Below are positions 33,825-41,470 of a stretch of DNA of 44,406 bases, piece by piece. Position 1 is the stretch's first letter; each line of letters starts with the position of its first letter. The notes beneath the pieces were generated by a model, which was given only the letters and a program-made list of their open reading frames with translations, did no database searches and had not been told where the DNA came from. The DNA is from a virus. Location: IMG/VR virus record IMGVR_UViG_3300009702_000038, positions 1 to 44,406 of that record, one strand, 5' to 3'. Position numbers and translations under genes: made by a program.

Positions 33825-34654
33825 ACGTCATCACGACGCGGGACACAATCAACGAGGCCGTTGACGTATTCCACCTAGACCGGGAAGGCTACCCCGACCT
33901 GGTGCCCCTTGGTATCCCCCCGCTCGACAATGAGTTGGGAGGCCTTGGTCCTGGGGCTCTAGGCGTGCTGGCCTCAGCTACAGGTGTTGGTAAGAGCAGC
34001 ACCGTACTTGCCGCCATGCTCGCCTCGCACATCAAGGTGGGCTACATCTCAGCAGAGGATGGACCGGACGTAGTTGGTACGCGCCTTCTCTCCGCCCTCA
34101 CAGGCATCAACTCGATGCGGATACGCCGTAAGGACCTGGACGAAGAAGAGTTAGCCGCAATCGCCAAAGCAGCAAAAGCAAGCAAGCTAGACCACATGTT
34201 CTTTTCCTACCCTCTAGGTGGGCGGTGTGCGCTTGTTGAAGCAGCTATCAGGGAGATGGGGGAGCGTGGGTGCAGGCTCGTATGGTGTGACTATCTCCAA
34301 TGCATACATGTTCACGGTCGGGAGCGCAGACAGGAAATCAATGAAGTGATGTCTCGGATACAAGAAGCGGGGCAGAACGCCGGAGTCGCTGTCATGCTCA
34401 TCTCACAGTTTCGTCGCTTGGGCGACGGTGAGAAGGTGCCTCAAATCTACCACCTGAAGGAATCAGGTGATATCGAGAACAAGGCGCGCATCATCGTGCT
34501 CGCCCATAAGGTAGCGGAATCAAAGGACAATCGGATACGCTACCGCCTCGCCAAGTCCACTTATGGCGGCGAGTATATTTGCTATGACATGGTGCGTGAC
34601 TCGTCGGGCACCCTCAAGCACGCACGTCTCTTCGACGTTGCAGAGGACTTCTAA
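33812..34654 (+). CDS. DnaB-like (RecA-fold) replicative helicase/ATPase, C-terminal domain only (280 aa)
   Basis: Walker [10 protein letters not shown], Walker B LVWCDYLQ. DnaB-like stretches ...ISQFRR... and KESGDIEN. Alternative start GTG 33821. Confidence 0.7.
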   Translation: MLQVNVITTRDTINEAVDVFHLDREGYPDLVPLGIPPLDNELGGLGPGALGVLASATGVGKSSTVLAAMLASHIKVGYISAEDGPDVVGTRLLSALTGINSMRIRRKDLDEEELAAIAKAAKASKLDHMFFSYPLGGRCALVEAAIREMGERGCRLVWCDYLQCIHVHGRERRQEINEVMSRIQEAGQNAGVAVMLISQFRRLGDGEKVPQIYHLKESGDIENKARIIVLAHKVAESKDNRIRYRLAKSTYGGEYICYDMVRDSSGTLKHARLFDVAEDF

Positions 34655-35064
34655 TGGCAAAAAAGAAAAGCCTGGGCGGGAAAGGCTCACGAACAAAGGG
34701 CCACAACTTCGAGCGGTACGTCGCTCGTATCCTGCGCCTATCCTTCCCGGACGCCCGGCGAGGGAAACAGTACACCGGAGGCCGCGAGGCAGACGTAGAG
34801 GGTACGCCCTTCCGCATCGAGTGCAAGCGGCTGCGTGACGTGCGTCTAGGGGATGTGCTGCGCGCTATCGGGCAAGCAGAGAGCAACGCCGAGACTTGGG
34901 ATGACGACCGCCCTGTTGTAGCCATACACCGCGCTGATAGGGGGAAGGCTTTTGTCACCATGAAGTTGAGCACCGCCGCGCACATCATCGAGAAGTACTT
35001 CTGGCGGACGCCGGAGGACGTGATTGAGTTTCCAACAAAGGGTAAGAACAATGACCCTTCGTAA
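34654..35064 (+). CDS. PD-(D/E)XK nuclease, Holliday-junction-resolvase-like (136 aa)
   Basis: GHNFERYVARIL...EADVEG..FRIECKR (E...D...ExK arrangement). TAATG coupling. Confidence 0.55.
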   Translation: MAKKKSLGGKGSRTKGHNFERYVARILRLSFPDARRGKQYTGGREADVEGTPFRIECKRLRDVRLGDVLRAIGQAESNAETWDDDRPVVAIHRADRGKAFVTMKLSTAAHIIEKYFWRTPEDVIEFPTKGKNNDPS

Positions 35065-35440
35065 GGTTGCTATCGCTGGCTGTCGGGACAAGACAATATC
35101 CTTCATGGACCTGGACATCTGCTGTTCCTTCCCGATGCAGACCTACATCGTTGGCGATTGCAAGACAGGGATTGACAAGTGTGTTCGAGACTGGTGCAAA
35201 GACAGAGGGCACGAAGTAAAGGTCTATGCTGCTGACTGGGACACCCACGGCAGAGCGGCTGGCCCCATTCGTAACAAAGCGATGGTGAAGGATGCGGACA
35301 TCCTGTACGCCTTCTGGGACGGCAAGAGTCCAGGTACAAAGAGCGCCATCACAGAGGCAACGCTGGCAGGTATCCCAGTAACCATTTTTCCGGTTGGGCC
35401 TGCTGTGCGCCAGCCTTACATCAATCTAGGAGATGAGTAA
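35051..35440 (+). CDS. SLOG-superfamily DUF2493-like protein (129 aa)
   Basis: VAIAG...IVGDCKTGIDKCVRDWC...ADWDTHGRAAGPIRNKAMV...FWDGKSPGTKSAI matches the DUF2493 pattern as I remember it. Start ATG 35051. Confidence 0.6.
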   Translation: MTLRKVAIAGCRDKTISFMDLDICCSFPMQTYIVGDCKTGIDKCVRDWCKDRGHEVKVYAADWDTHGRAAGPIRNKAMVKDADILYAFWDGKSPGTKSAITEATLAGIPVTIFPVGPAVRQPYINLGDE

Positions 35441-36190
35441 ATGAAAGCCGTAGTAGTAGGCGACCTTCACTTTCACCCCCGGTATGACAACAAGCGGGCC
35501 GACATCATTGGAGAGTTTGCAGCAGAGGAGCTGGCGACTGCTGGTGATGAGGGCTTCCTCATTCTCATCGGGGACGTGAGCGACTGCGTTGCCTTCAATG
35601 ACCACGGCACGAAGCTGGAGCTGGAAGGCGCTCGCTGGAAAGAGGACTGTGAGGTAACGCTCGACGGAATGCAGCGCATCATGGCGCCTTTCTACCGCCG
35701 CAAGCGCAAGCTGCCCCATCGCTTCGTCACGCTCGGGAACCACGAGAATCGCGTCAACCGATGGGTTGCACAAGAGCCACGGTTCGAGGGCATGATGAAC
35801 ATCGAGGACCTGGGCTTCAGCAAGGCAGGCTTCCAGACCTTTCCCTATGGTCACATGGTTCAGGTGGGCGGCGTCAACTTCGTCCACAACCTTGGCACGC
35901 AGACGGGAAGGGCCGCTCAGATAACGAGCCCCACGAATGGCATCAAGGCTATCGGCGTGAGCACCGTGGTGGGCCACTCACACAAGGCGAGCTACACGCC
36001 CATCCCTTTCCGTGACCGTTACATTCATGGCGTTGACGTGGGCTGTGCAACGCACGCCGACATGGGGTTCGGGGAAGGCTGGTCCCATCAAACTGCACAC
36101 CTGTACCGCCGCTGCGTGTGGGTGCTGGACAACATCAAAGACGGCGACTTCGACTTTCGCCAAGTCAGACTGGAGACCCTGGGAGCATGA
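35441..36190 (+). CDS. Calcineurin-like metallophosphoesterase (249 aa)
   Basis: Motifs GDLHF (DxH), LIGDVSD (GD), LGNHENR (GNHE), GHSH. Confidence 0.8.
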   Translation: MKAVVVGDLHFHPRYDNKRADIIGEFAAEELATAGDEGFLILIGDVSDCVAFNDHGTKLELEGARWKEDCEVTLDGMQRIMAPFYRRKRKLPHRFVTLGNHENRVNRWVAQEPRFEGMMNIEDLGFSKAGFQTFPYGHMVQVGGVNFVHNLGTQTGRAAQITSPTNGIKAIGVSTVVGHSHKASYTPIPFRDRYIHGVDVGCATHADMGFGEGWSHQTAHLYRRCVWVLDNIKDGDFDFRQVRLETLGA

Positions 36191-36483
36191 AAAACTTAGA
36201 CGTTGAAATCAACCCTGCGGAGTTGGGCGATGTGCCCATCTACCCACCGCGCCGCATCCTGCGGGACTTCCTTCCCGTGATGCTCAAGACGTGGCTGCGC
36301 ACGCGCTTCTCTCTACTTCCCGCCTCGCCTCGCGAAGAGTGGGTACTCAAGTCTCTCATGCTGCGCGTGTTCTACAATGTGTACCGCGCAACGGAGCTGC
36401 TTTCTGTAACACCTAAGCCGTTCTTTGCGAGTGAGCTTCCCAAGCAAGACAAGGAATATATACCCCCGAAAGGATGGAACTGA
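36187..36483 (+). CDS. Hypothetical protein (98 aa)
   Basis: ATG 36187 in an ATGA overlap (the track ORF starts at 36118). Confidence 0.55.
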   Translation: MKNLDVEINPAELGDVPIYPPRRILRDFLPVMLKTWLRTRFSLLPASPREEWVLKSLMLRVFYNVYRATELLSVTPKPFFASELPKQDKEYIPPKGWN

Positions 36484-36725
36484 TGCCAAAATACAACTTC
36501 GTTATTATCGCCTACGATGATGACTTCGAGCAATACAGAGTAGTGTGGGCCAAACAGGCTTGGTCCCATGATAATGCCTGGACACTATTTGAAATAGAGG
36601 CGGCTAGCCTCCCAGATGAGTATAGTCGGCATGTTGGACAAAAGCTTATTATGATTGACACTGCCTCGTTGTCTGTGTCGCACGCCTACCTCAGACAGGG
36701 TACTACAACCGAGTTGGAGCGCTAG
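36474..36725 (+). CDS. Hypothetical protein (80-83 aa)
   Basis: ORF. The likelier start is ATG 36483, in a TGATG overlap with AAGGA upstream. Confidence 0.55.
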   Translation: MELMPKYNFVIIAYDDDFEQYRVVWAKQAWSHDNAWTLFEIEAASLPDEYSRHVGQKLIMIDTASLSVSHAYLRQGTTTELER

Positions 36726-36726
36726 T

Positions 36727-37128
36727 ATGACCTTGTACCGACACACCTGCCGTGCCTGCGGTCTCGACTGGGACGAAGAGTACGGGATGAACGACGACCC
36801 TCCTACCACCTGCCCGGAGTGTGGGAGCGAGGACATCTACCGCAACGTGACCACGAGCGGCGCCATCATATTCAAGGGCGGCGGCTGGTCGCCTCAAGGC
36901 TACAACAAGCACGGCTATCTCGACAAATACAAAGACCAAGGCGTGAAGGTCTACGACCGGAAAGAGGACCTGGACCGGGAGATGCGCGGCGAGGCTGAGG
37001 CTAACGAGCTGCGACGGCAAAAGCACCTGGACCGCGTGTCGAAGCGAGCCTTCGGCGCCGACGCGGGGGTGACGCAGGCTGAGGCGGACAAGGCCATCAA
37101 GAAGGCTGGCGAGGAGAGCGTCACGTGA
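36727..37128 (+). CDS. FmdB-type zinc-ribbon protein (133 aa)
   Basis: YRHTCRACG..W.....DDPPTTCPECGS is the FmdB/CxxC-CxxC ribbon pattern. Start ATG 36727. Confidence 0.6.
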   Translation: MTLYRHTCRACGLDWDEEYGMNDDPPTTCPECGSEDIYRNVTTSGAIIFKGGGWSPQGYNKHGYLDKYKDQGVKVYDRKEDLDREMRGEAEANELRRQKHLDRVSKRAFGADAGVTQAEADKAIKKAGEESVT

Positions 37129-37295
37129 AACACGACCCTACAGTAAGCTACGAGGAGCTGGCACAGGCAGTTATGAACTGGGTCTGTGCGCACAAAACAG
37201 GAAAGCGCTGGTACGAGATTCTATCTCAGAATGACCTTATCCTCCTAGACTACAAACTACGTAGTTTGGGCTACCGCATATCGGAGAACAAGTGA
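37125..37295 (+). CDS. Hypothetical small protein (56 aa), not in the ORF track
   Basis: GTG 37125 in a GTGA overlap. Manual translation: VKHDPTVSYEELAQAVMNWVCAHKTGKRWYEILSQNDLILLDYKLRSLGYRISENK. Confidence 0.45.
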   Translation: MKHDPTVSYEELAQAVMNWVCAHKTGKRWYEILSQNDLILLDYKLRSLGYRISENK

Positions 37296-37305
37296 GGAGG
37301 CGGCT

Positions 37306-37794
37306 ATCACTTTAGGCATCGCAGCGCGGTTCAAGGATGGCATCGTCATCGCGAGCGACCTGGCACTGTCCGGTAGTGGGGCGAAGCGTCATCTCGTAGA
37401 GGGGAAGTGGTTCCACGTTGACGATGGAATGGTCCTCTACGCTGGCACCCTCTACTACGCCCAGGAGATTCAGTTTGCTGAGGGCACGCTACGGGAAAGG
37501 CTGCGCACAGTCTACGAGGTCCACAAGGATGACGATGACAAGGATGACGCCGAGTTTCTTCTGGTAAACAAAGACATCTGGTACTACGAGAAAGAGGGCG
37601 CCTTCTACAGGCGGGGCGACTACGAGTGCATTGGTTCCGGGGCCGACATGGCGGACGGGCTGCTCGACCTCGTGTACTCCCCAGGACGTAGCAAGGCTTG
37701 GCTTCTCGCCCACCTGGCGAACATCTTCCGCATCGTCAACCGCAAGGTCGAAGGCGTGTCGGCGGAGTACAAGCATGCGGTGGTGCTCTCGTGA
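37306..37794 (+). CDS. HslV/proteasome-beta-like Ntn-hydrolase (about 162 aa) with a putative non-canonical ATC start
   Basis: (I/M)TLGIAARFKDGIVIASD... and ...YECIGSGADMADG match the proteasome-beta/HslV Thr1 and GSG motifs. GAGGAGG lies 5 nt upstream of ATC 37306. The first canonical start (ATG 37429) would delete the catalytic N-terminus. Confidence 0.6.
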   Translation: MTLGIAARFKDGIVIASDLALSGSGAKRHLVEGKWFHVDDGMVLYAGTLYYAQEIQFAEGTLRERLRTVYEVHKDDDDKDDAEFLLVNKDIWYYEKEGAFYRRGDYECIGSGADMADGLLDLVYSPGRSKAWLLAHLANIFRIVNRKVEGVSAEYKHAVVLS

Positions 37795-38027
37795 CGCCTG
37801 CTGAAAGCATGTTCAACCTGTTCGTGGTAACTGCCTTCCTGGGGTCGCTGGTTGACCATTGGTTTGTAGGGCACCGCCGCGTCATCATCCCGCTCCGCAC
37901 CTTCCTGCTCGGCTGCTTCATCTACACTGAGAGCTACCTCGCCGTGACCTCGGAACCGGCCATGTGGCTGTACGTGAGCCTGAACGTGTGGGGCCTGATT
38001 AGCATTTACGCTGGAACAAAGCGCTGA
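37791..38027 (+). CDS. Small membrane protein (72-78 aa)
   Basis: GTG 37791 in a GTGA overlap, or ATG 37809. MFNLFVVTAFLGSLVDHWF... Hydrophobic segments. Confidence 0.55.
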   Translation: MTPAESMFNLFVVTAFLGSLVDHWFVGHRRVIIPLRTFLLGCFIYTESYLAVTSEPAMWLYVSLNVWGLISIYAGTKR

Positions 38028-38048
38028 TAGGTGGAAGCGTTTTCCCAT
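38023..38048. promoter_or_regulatory. Copy M3 of the 26-bp GGAA-N5-TTCC motif
   Basis: CTGATAGGTGGAAGCGTTTTCCCATA, directly upstream of the SD and ATG of 38060. Confidence 0.45.
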
Positions 38049-38059
38049 AGGAGATACAG

Positions 38060-38263
38060 ATGAATCAGCTAGAGAAAATCGCAACCATGTCCTTCAACCA
38101 CTTCCTAGAGGAGGGTGACGGAAATCTCTTGAGCGCCCGCACTCATTTTGTGCGGTGGGTCGGGGAGTACTCTCCGCAAATCTCCGAGAGCTGCCGGGAG
38201 AGTTGGAGCACCCTCATCCTCGCCATCGACATCTGCTTTCAGGACGCGGGGTATAGGATATGA
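38060..38263 (+). CDS. Hypothetical protein (67 aa)
   Basis: ORF with AGGAG upstream. Confidence 0.55.
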   Translation: MNQLEKIATMSFNHFLEEGDGNLLSARTHFVRWVGEYSPQISESCRESWSTLILAIDICFQDAGYRI

Positions 38264-38448
38264 GACCACGCGCGGAGGATACCTACTACTGGCATAGTCT
38301 GACAGAGAAGGAACGGGCCGGGGAGAAGGGAAGGGACTTCAAGGCCTTTTACAAGGAATGGACGAAGGGAACAACGTCTAAGCGCTGCGGGTGGGCCACC
38401 GTATTGCACACACTTCAAAGTTTTTCTTCGAGAACGCGGCGTGGCTAA
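38260..38448 (+). CDS. Questionable small ORF (62 aa)
   Basis: ATGA-coupled start, but its last 71 nt overlap the convergent endolysin gene and the C-terminus looks off-frame. Confidence 0.3.
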   Translation: MRPRAEDTYYWHSLTEKERAGEKGRDFKAFYKEWTKGTTSKRCGWATVLHTLQSFSSRTRRG

Positions 38449-38848
38449 CGCTGTTGTGTTGATTCCCACCCCATCCCCAGATGAAGTTGTGGGTAAACTT
38501 GTCGAGAAACAGGACGTGGTAGCCTCCGCTCGCGCTGCCTGTCACGTTGGGGTCGTCCCCCTTCTTCCGATGGCGTAGCACGACGATAGCTCCACGCTTG
38601 GGGCGTGAGGCCTTCCCGTAGGTCTTGTACGAGGCTGCCCTAGCGTCCCTGGTTGAGGGGTAGCCTGCCGCCTCCAGGCAGTTGGACACGAACACGGCAC
38701 ACCAAGCCGTCTCGTCCCGGGACTTCCCCCACCGCCCGATGTTCAGCGCATAGCGCTTGAGCCATCCAAGGATGGTAGGGTTGTGAAGTTTGCCCGGAAT
38801 CTCTTTCAGGCCAACGTAGCTCTTGGCTATGGTCAGCCAGGGAGGCAT
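38378..38848 (-). CDS. Cys-His peptidase (CHAP/NlpC-P60-like, TIGR02594-type) cell-wall hydrolase, likely the endolysin (156 aa)
   Basis: YVGLKEIPG..HNP.I..W...ETAWCAVFVSNCLEAAG...GAIVVL...GYHVLFL matches the TIGR02594 pattern, with a catalytic Cys and His. Confidence 0.65.
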   Translation of the reverse strand: MPPWLTIAKSYVGLKEIPGKLHNPTILGWLKRYALNIGRWGKSRDETAWCAVFVSNCLEAAGYPSTRDARAASYKTYGKASRPKRGAIVVLRHRKKGDDPNVTGSASGGYHVLFLDKFTHNFIWGWGGNQHNSVSHAAFSKKNFEVCAIRWPTRSA

Positions 38849-39594
38849 TAGGCCCAGGTTCCGGTAGAGGAAGTAGACTCGTATAGAGCGAGTACATTCG
38901 CCGCGTTCAGCTCTTCGTCATAGACGATAGCGCTTCGACCCATCCCTTGAAACTCCGCCGTCGAATGGTTGTTCATTATGGAAACGTCTGTGATGTTTGT
39001 CCCACCGTCTGCCCTGGTTAGCGCTCCGCTAGTCGCGTTGAGAAGGCCGTTCTTGTAGAGCTTTACTTCGGTTCCTGCCACGTTGCGGACCGCACACCAA
39101 TGTTCCCAGGTATTGAGAGCGACAACGCTCGGGGACACCACTATGTCCGTTGCGTCTGCGCTACCATGCTGGTGAATCCAACGAACCTTTTCGCTGGAGG
39201 CTTCATAGTCGAGAGACCATTGAATATTATTAGCTAGTCCTGCACCTGCGATACGAGCACCACAAAGAGAAAGATTTGTAGTGTTTGCCCCAGTGCGGTA
39301 AATCCACATAGCGATGGAGATGGCGCCTTGAATCTGAACGGCTGAACCGATGGTTCCCGTGGTGACACTGGTAGAGCGCTTACTGTCAAAAAAACCTACT
39401 TCAGCACCGGGGCCTCCTGGGTTGAGGGCAAGAGTACCAGTAAGGTCAACAGGGGAACCGCCGACTACGCTTTCTTGTGCGCTGTCAAGCGGCCAATGCC
39501 ATTTTGCTCCTGCTCCGATACTTTCAGAGTGGGGGATAGAGATTCGTGAACCGCCTACGCCTCCGTCCGTGTTACCGTAGCAGATGAGGGTCAT
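38848..39594 (-). CDS. LamG/concanavalin-A-like jelly-roll protein (248 aa), possibly a tail accessory or receptor-binding protein
   Basis: ...ISIAMWIY...NTWEHWCAVRNVAGTEVKLYKNG... is typical of a Laminin-G-3-type domain. Confidence 0.5.
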   Translation of the reverse strand: MTLICYGNTDGGVGGSRISIPHSESIGAGAKWHWPLDSAQESVVGGSPVDLTGTLALNPGGPGAEVGFFDSKRSTSVTTGTIGSAVQIQGAISIAMWIYRTGANTTNLSLCGARIAGAGLANNIQWSLDYEASSEKVRWIHQHGSADATDIVVSPSVVALNTWEHWCAVRNVAGTEVKLYKNGLLNATSGALTRADGGTNITDVSIMNNHSTAEFQGMGRSAIVYDEELNAANVLALYESTSSTGTWA

Positions 39595-39908
39595 TATGTG
39601 CCTCGGAGGTAGAAGAAGCCAACAGGGCCGGTCGCCGTTTTGGTAGCCGCTGAGGTACTAAGGCAGAATGCCAGACTCCCACCAACGGGCCACTTGGCGC
39701 CGCGTGGGTCATAACTGATACTCTGCCCGGCAGGGACATTGAGGATGAAATCAGGAACCGCCGTGTCGGCTGGAACCGAGGTAGCCCCAAAGAAGAGCTG
39801 AAGGAAGCGGTCCGAACCGTCAGTATTTGTCACAACAATCTCATCGAGATAATGGAGGGTGGCGACGTTACCAAGCTCTAGGGCCGTGGAAGCGTAGGCG
39901 TCTCCCAT
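39594..39908 (-). CDS. Hypothetical protein (104 aa)
   Basis: ORF with TAATG coupling on both sides. Confidence 0.6.
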   Translation of the reverse strand: MGDAYASTALELGNVATLHYLDEIVVTNTDGSDRFLQLFFGATSVPADTAVPDFILNVPAGQSISYDPRGAKWPVGGSLAFCLSTSAATKTATGPVGFFYLRGT

Positions 39909-40072
39909 TATTTGCCGTCTTTGTTCACGACATCCTCAACCTTTTCGAGCAGGTCAAGGGCCTTGTCGTCCTTCGTGGTCTTGGTCTTGGGGGCCACGAC
40001 GCGGAGGACAGCGATGACAGCGCCCAGGACAATCAGGGCGACGGGTACAGCGATAGCGATGGTTTCATTCAT
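39908..40072 (-). CDS. Single-pass membrane protein (54 aa), holin-like; not in the ORF track
   Basis: Manual translation: MNETIAIAVPVALIVLGAVIAVLRVVAPKTKTTKDDKALDLLEKVEDVVNKDGK. Confidence 0.5.
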   Translation of the reverse strand: MNETIAIAVPVALIVLGAVIAVLRVVAPKTKTTKDDKALDLLEKVEDVVNKDGK

Positions 40073-40083
40073 ATCGAGAGGGA

Positions 40084-40254
40084 TTAGGGCCGAGGGCCTA
40101 GCCTTTCTTTGGCTTTAGCCTCGCCCTCAGCGATGGCCTTTGCGGTCGGGCTTTCCTCTGGGAGTACGTCTTTTGCCTTCTTTGGCCGGGGCCGCAGGAA
40201 CATCTTGAGGAGGATGAGAACGATGGCGAGGGCGGCTGCTAGGACTTTCAGCAT
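40084..40254 (-). CDS. Single-pass membrane protein (56 aa)
   Basis: ATG 40254 with GGAGAAG upstream. MLKVLAAALAIVLILLKMF... then a charged tail. Confidence 0.5.
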   Translation of the reverse strand: MLKVLAAALAIVLILLKMFLRPRPKKAKDVLPEESPTAKAIAEGEAKAKERLGPRP

Positions 40255-40592
40255 TTTCTTCTCCACTTGCTGCGCTTCGCGACGACCACTGCGGGGACAT
40301 CGGGAAGGGATTGGACTACCTTGAACCACTCACAGGCGGCGGCGCGTTGGGCCTTGTGGCCCTTGGCTAGGTCGAGCGCGAGGGTCACTGCTCGGAGGCG
40401 CCCCACCTTTCCGCCCACTGCTGCACACTCGTCCCACGCATCCCACGTTGGGGCCTTGTCCATGCAGCCAGTCACCCAGACGGCAACCTGCTCGTCAATG
40501 AGGACTGTAGCGTGTGCCGCTTCTTCTACTGCGCGAGGCCAACAGGCACTAGCGAAGCAGAGCACGAATAGGAGACAGATGTACCGCGCCAT
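40248..40592 (-). CDS. Possible lipoprotein (114 aa)
   Basis: ATG 40592: MARYICLLFVLCFASAC-WPR (signal peptide plus a lipobox-like ASAC). Overlaps the protease 3' end by 44 nt. Confidence 0.5.
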   Translation of the reverse strand: MARYICLLFVLCFASACWPRAVEEAAHATVLIDEQVAVWVTGCMDKAPTWDAWDECAAVGGKVGRLRAVTLALDLAKGHKAQRAAACEWFKVVQSLPDVPAVVVAKRSKWRRKC

Positions 40593-41205
40593 TGATGTGT
40601 GTATCCTGGTAAGCGCCCGGGCACCCAAGAGCACAGTAGATGCCCTGGATGACTCCGAAACTGGTGATGCCCACGAGCCTGCCGTGCTTGTTCACCACGG
40701 GGCCGCCACTGTTTCCGCCCACGGTCCCCGCGTCATGCTGGAACCACACGCCACCAAAGACACCATCTTCCCGTTTCGGGTAGGACACGATGCCCTTCGT
40801 TACGCTGTACTCGTACTTGCCTAGCGCATGGCCGATTGCCCACACATCATCGCCCCAAGTGGGGGCCTTTCGTGCGAGGCGTATGCCACTACCTAGTGCG
40901 TGCCCATCGGCGGGAACGAGAACCGCAAGGTCATCTAGCTTGTCTGTTTTCCACACGGCGGCTTCCCATCGGTCCTCATGCGTCTTGACGAACACGGGGG
41001 TCCCGTCCTCGATGCAGTGGAACGCAGTGAGAACCTTATGGTCCACGATAACGCCTGAGCAAAAGGTGCGCCCGAAGAAGCCTTGCAACGCGACGGTAGC
41101 CTGTAGGGCCTTGCCCACGGTGTTGACGCGAGGCTTGGCCTTCGAGATTGCGGGGGTGGTGCAAGCCATCATGATGATGAGCACGGGGAGGAGTAGACGT
41201 TTCAT
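40549..41205 (-). CDS. Secreted (possibly lipidated) trypsin/chymotrypsin-fold S1 serine protease (218 aa)
   Basis: Signal peptide MKRLLLPVLIIMMAC. Catalytic triad contexts: TAFHC (His), DDLAVL (Asp), GGNSGGPV (Ser). Confidence 0.8.
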   Translation of the reverse strand: MKRLLLPVLIIMMACTTPAISKAKPRVNTVGKALQATVALQGFFGRTFCSGVIVDHKVLTAFHCIEDGTPVFVKTHEDRWEAAVWKTDKLDDLAVLVPADGHALGSGIRLARKAPTWGDDVWAIGHALGKYEYSVTKGIVSYPKREDGVFGGVWFQHDAGTVGGNSGGPVVNKHGRLVGITSFGVIQGIYCALGCPGAYQDTHINGAVHLSPIRALLR

Positions 41206-41432
41206 AGGCCACCGTTGGTAAAAAAGGCGGTGAGCACTGCCGCGAGAACGATAGTGGCTACTGCCCCAGTTGCTTTTTCGAGGAGTTTGATACGCCTGTG
41301 TTGGGCAAGGCTTCTCTCCTCATGTGTTGCAAGCTGCGTCTTGATGGAAGCCTGCCCATCTGAGAGCTTGTCTGCTTTCTCGTCCAAGGATTGCACGAGG
41401 GACAGAATCAACTCATTTATCTCCGGGTTCAT
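41202..41432 (-). CDS. Tail-anchored membrane protein with an N-terminal coiled-coil-like region (76 aa)
   Basis: Charged helical N-terminus and a C-terminal TM segment AVATIVLAAVLTAFF. Confidence 0.55.
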   Translation of the reverse strand: MNPEINELILSLVQSLDEKADKLSDGQASIKTQLATHEERSLAQHRRIKLLEKATGAVATIVLAAVLTAFFTNGGL

Positions 41433-41470
41433 TGTCTTGGTTCTTTCGTAAGGGTAAGGCGTCTATGTGA

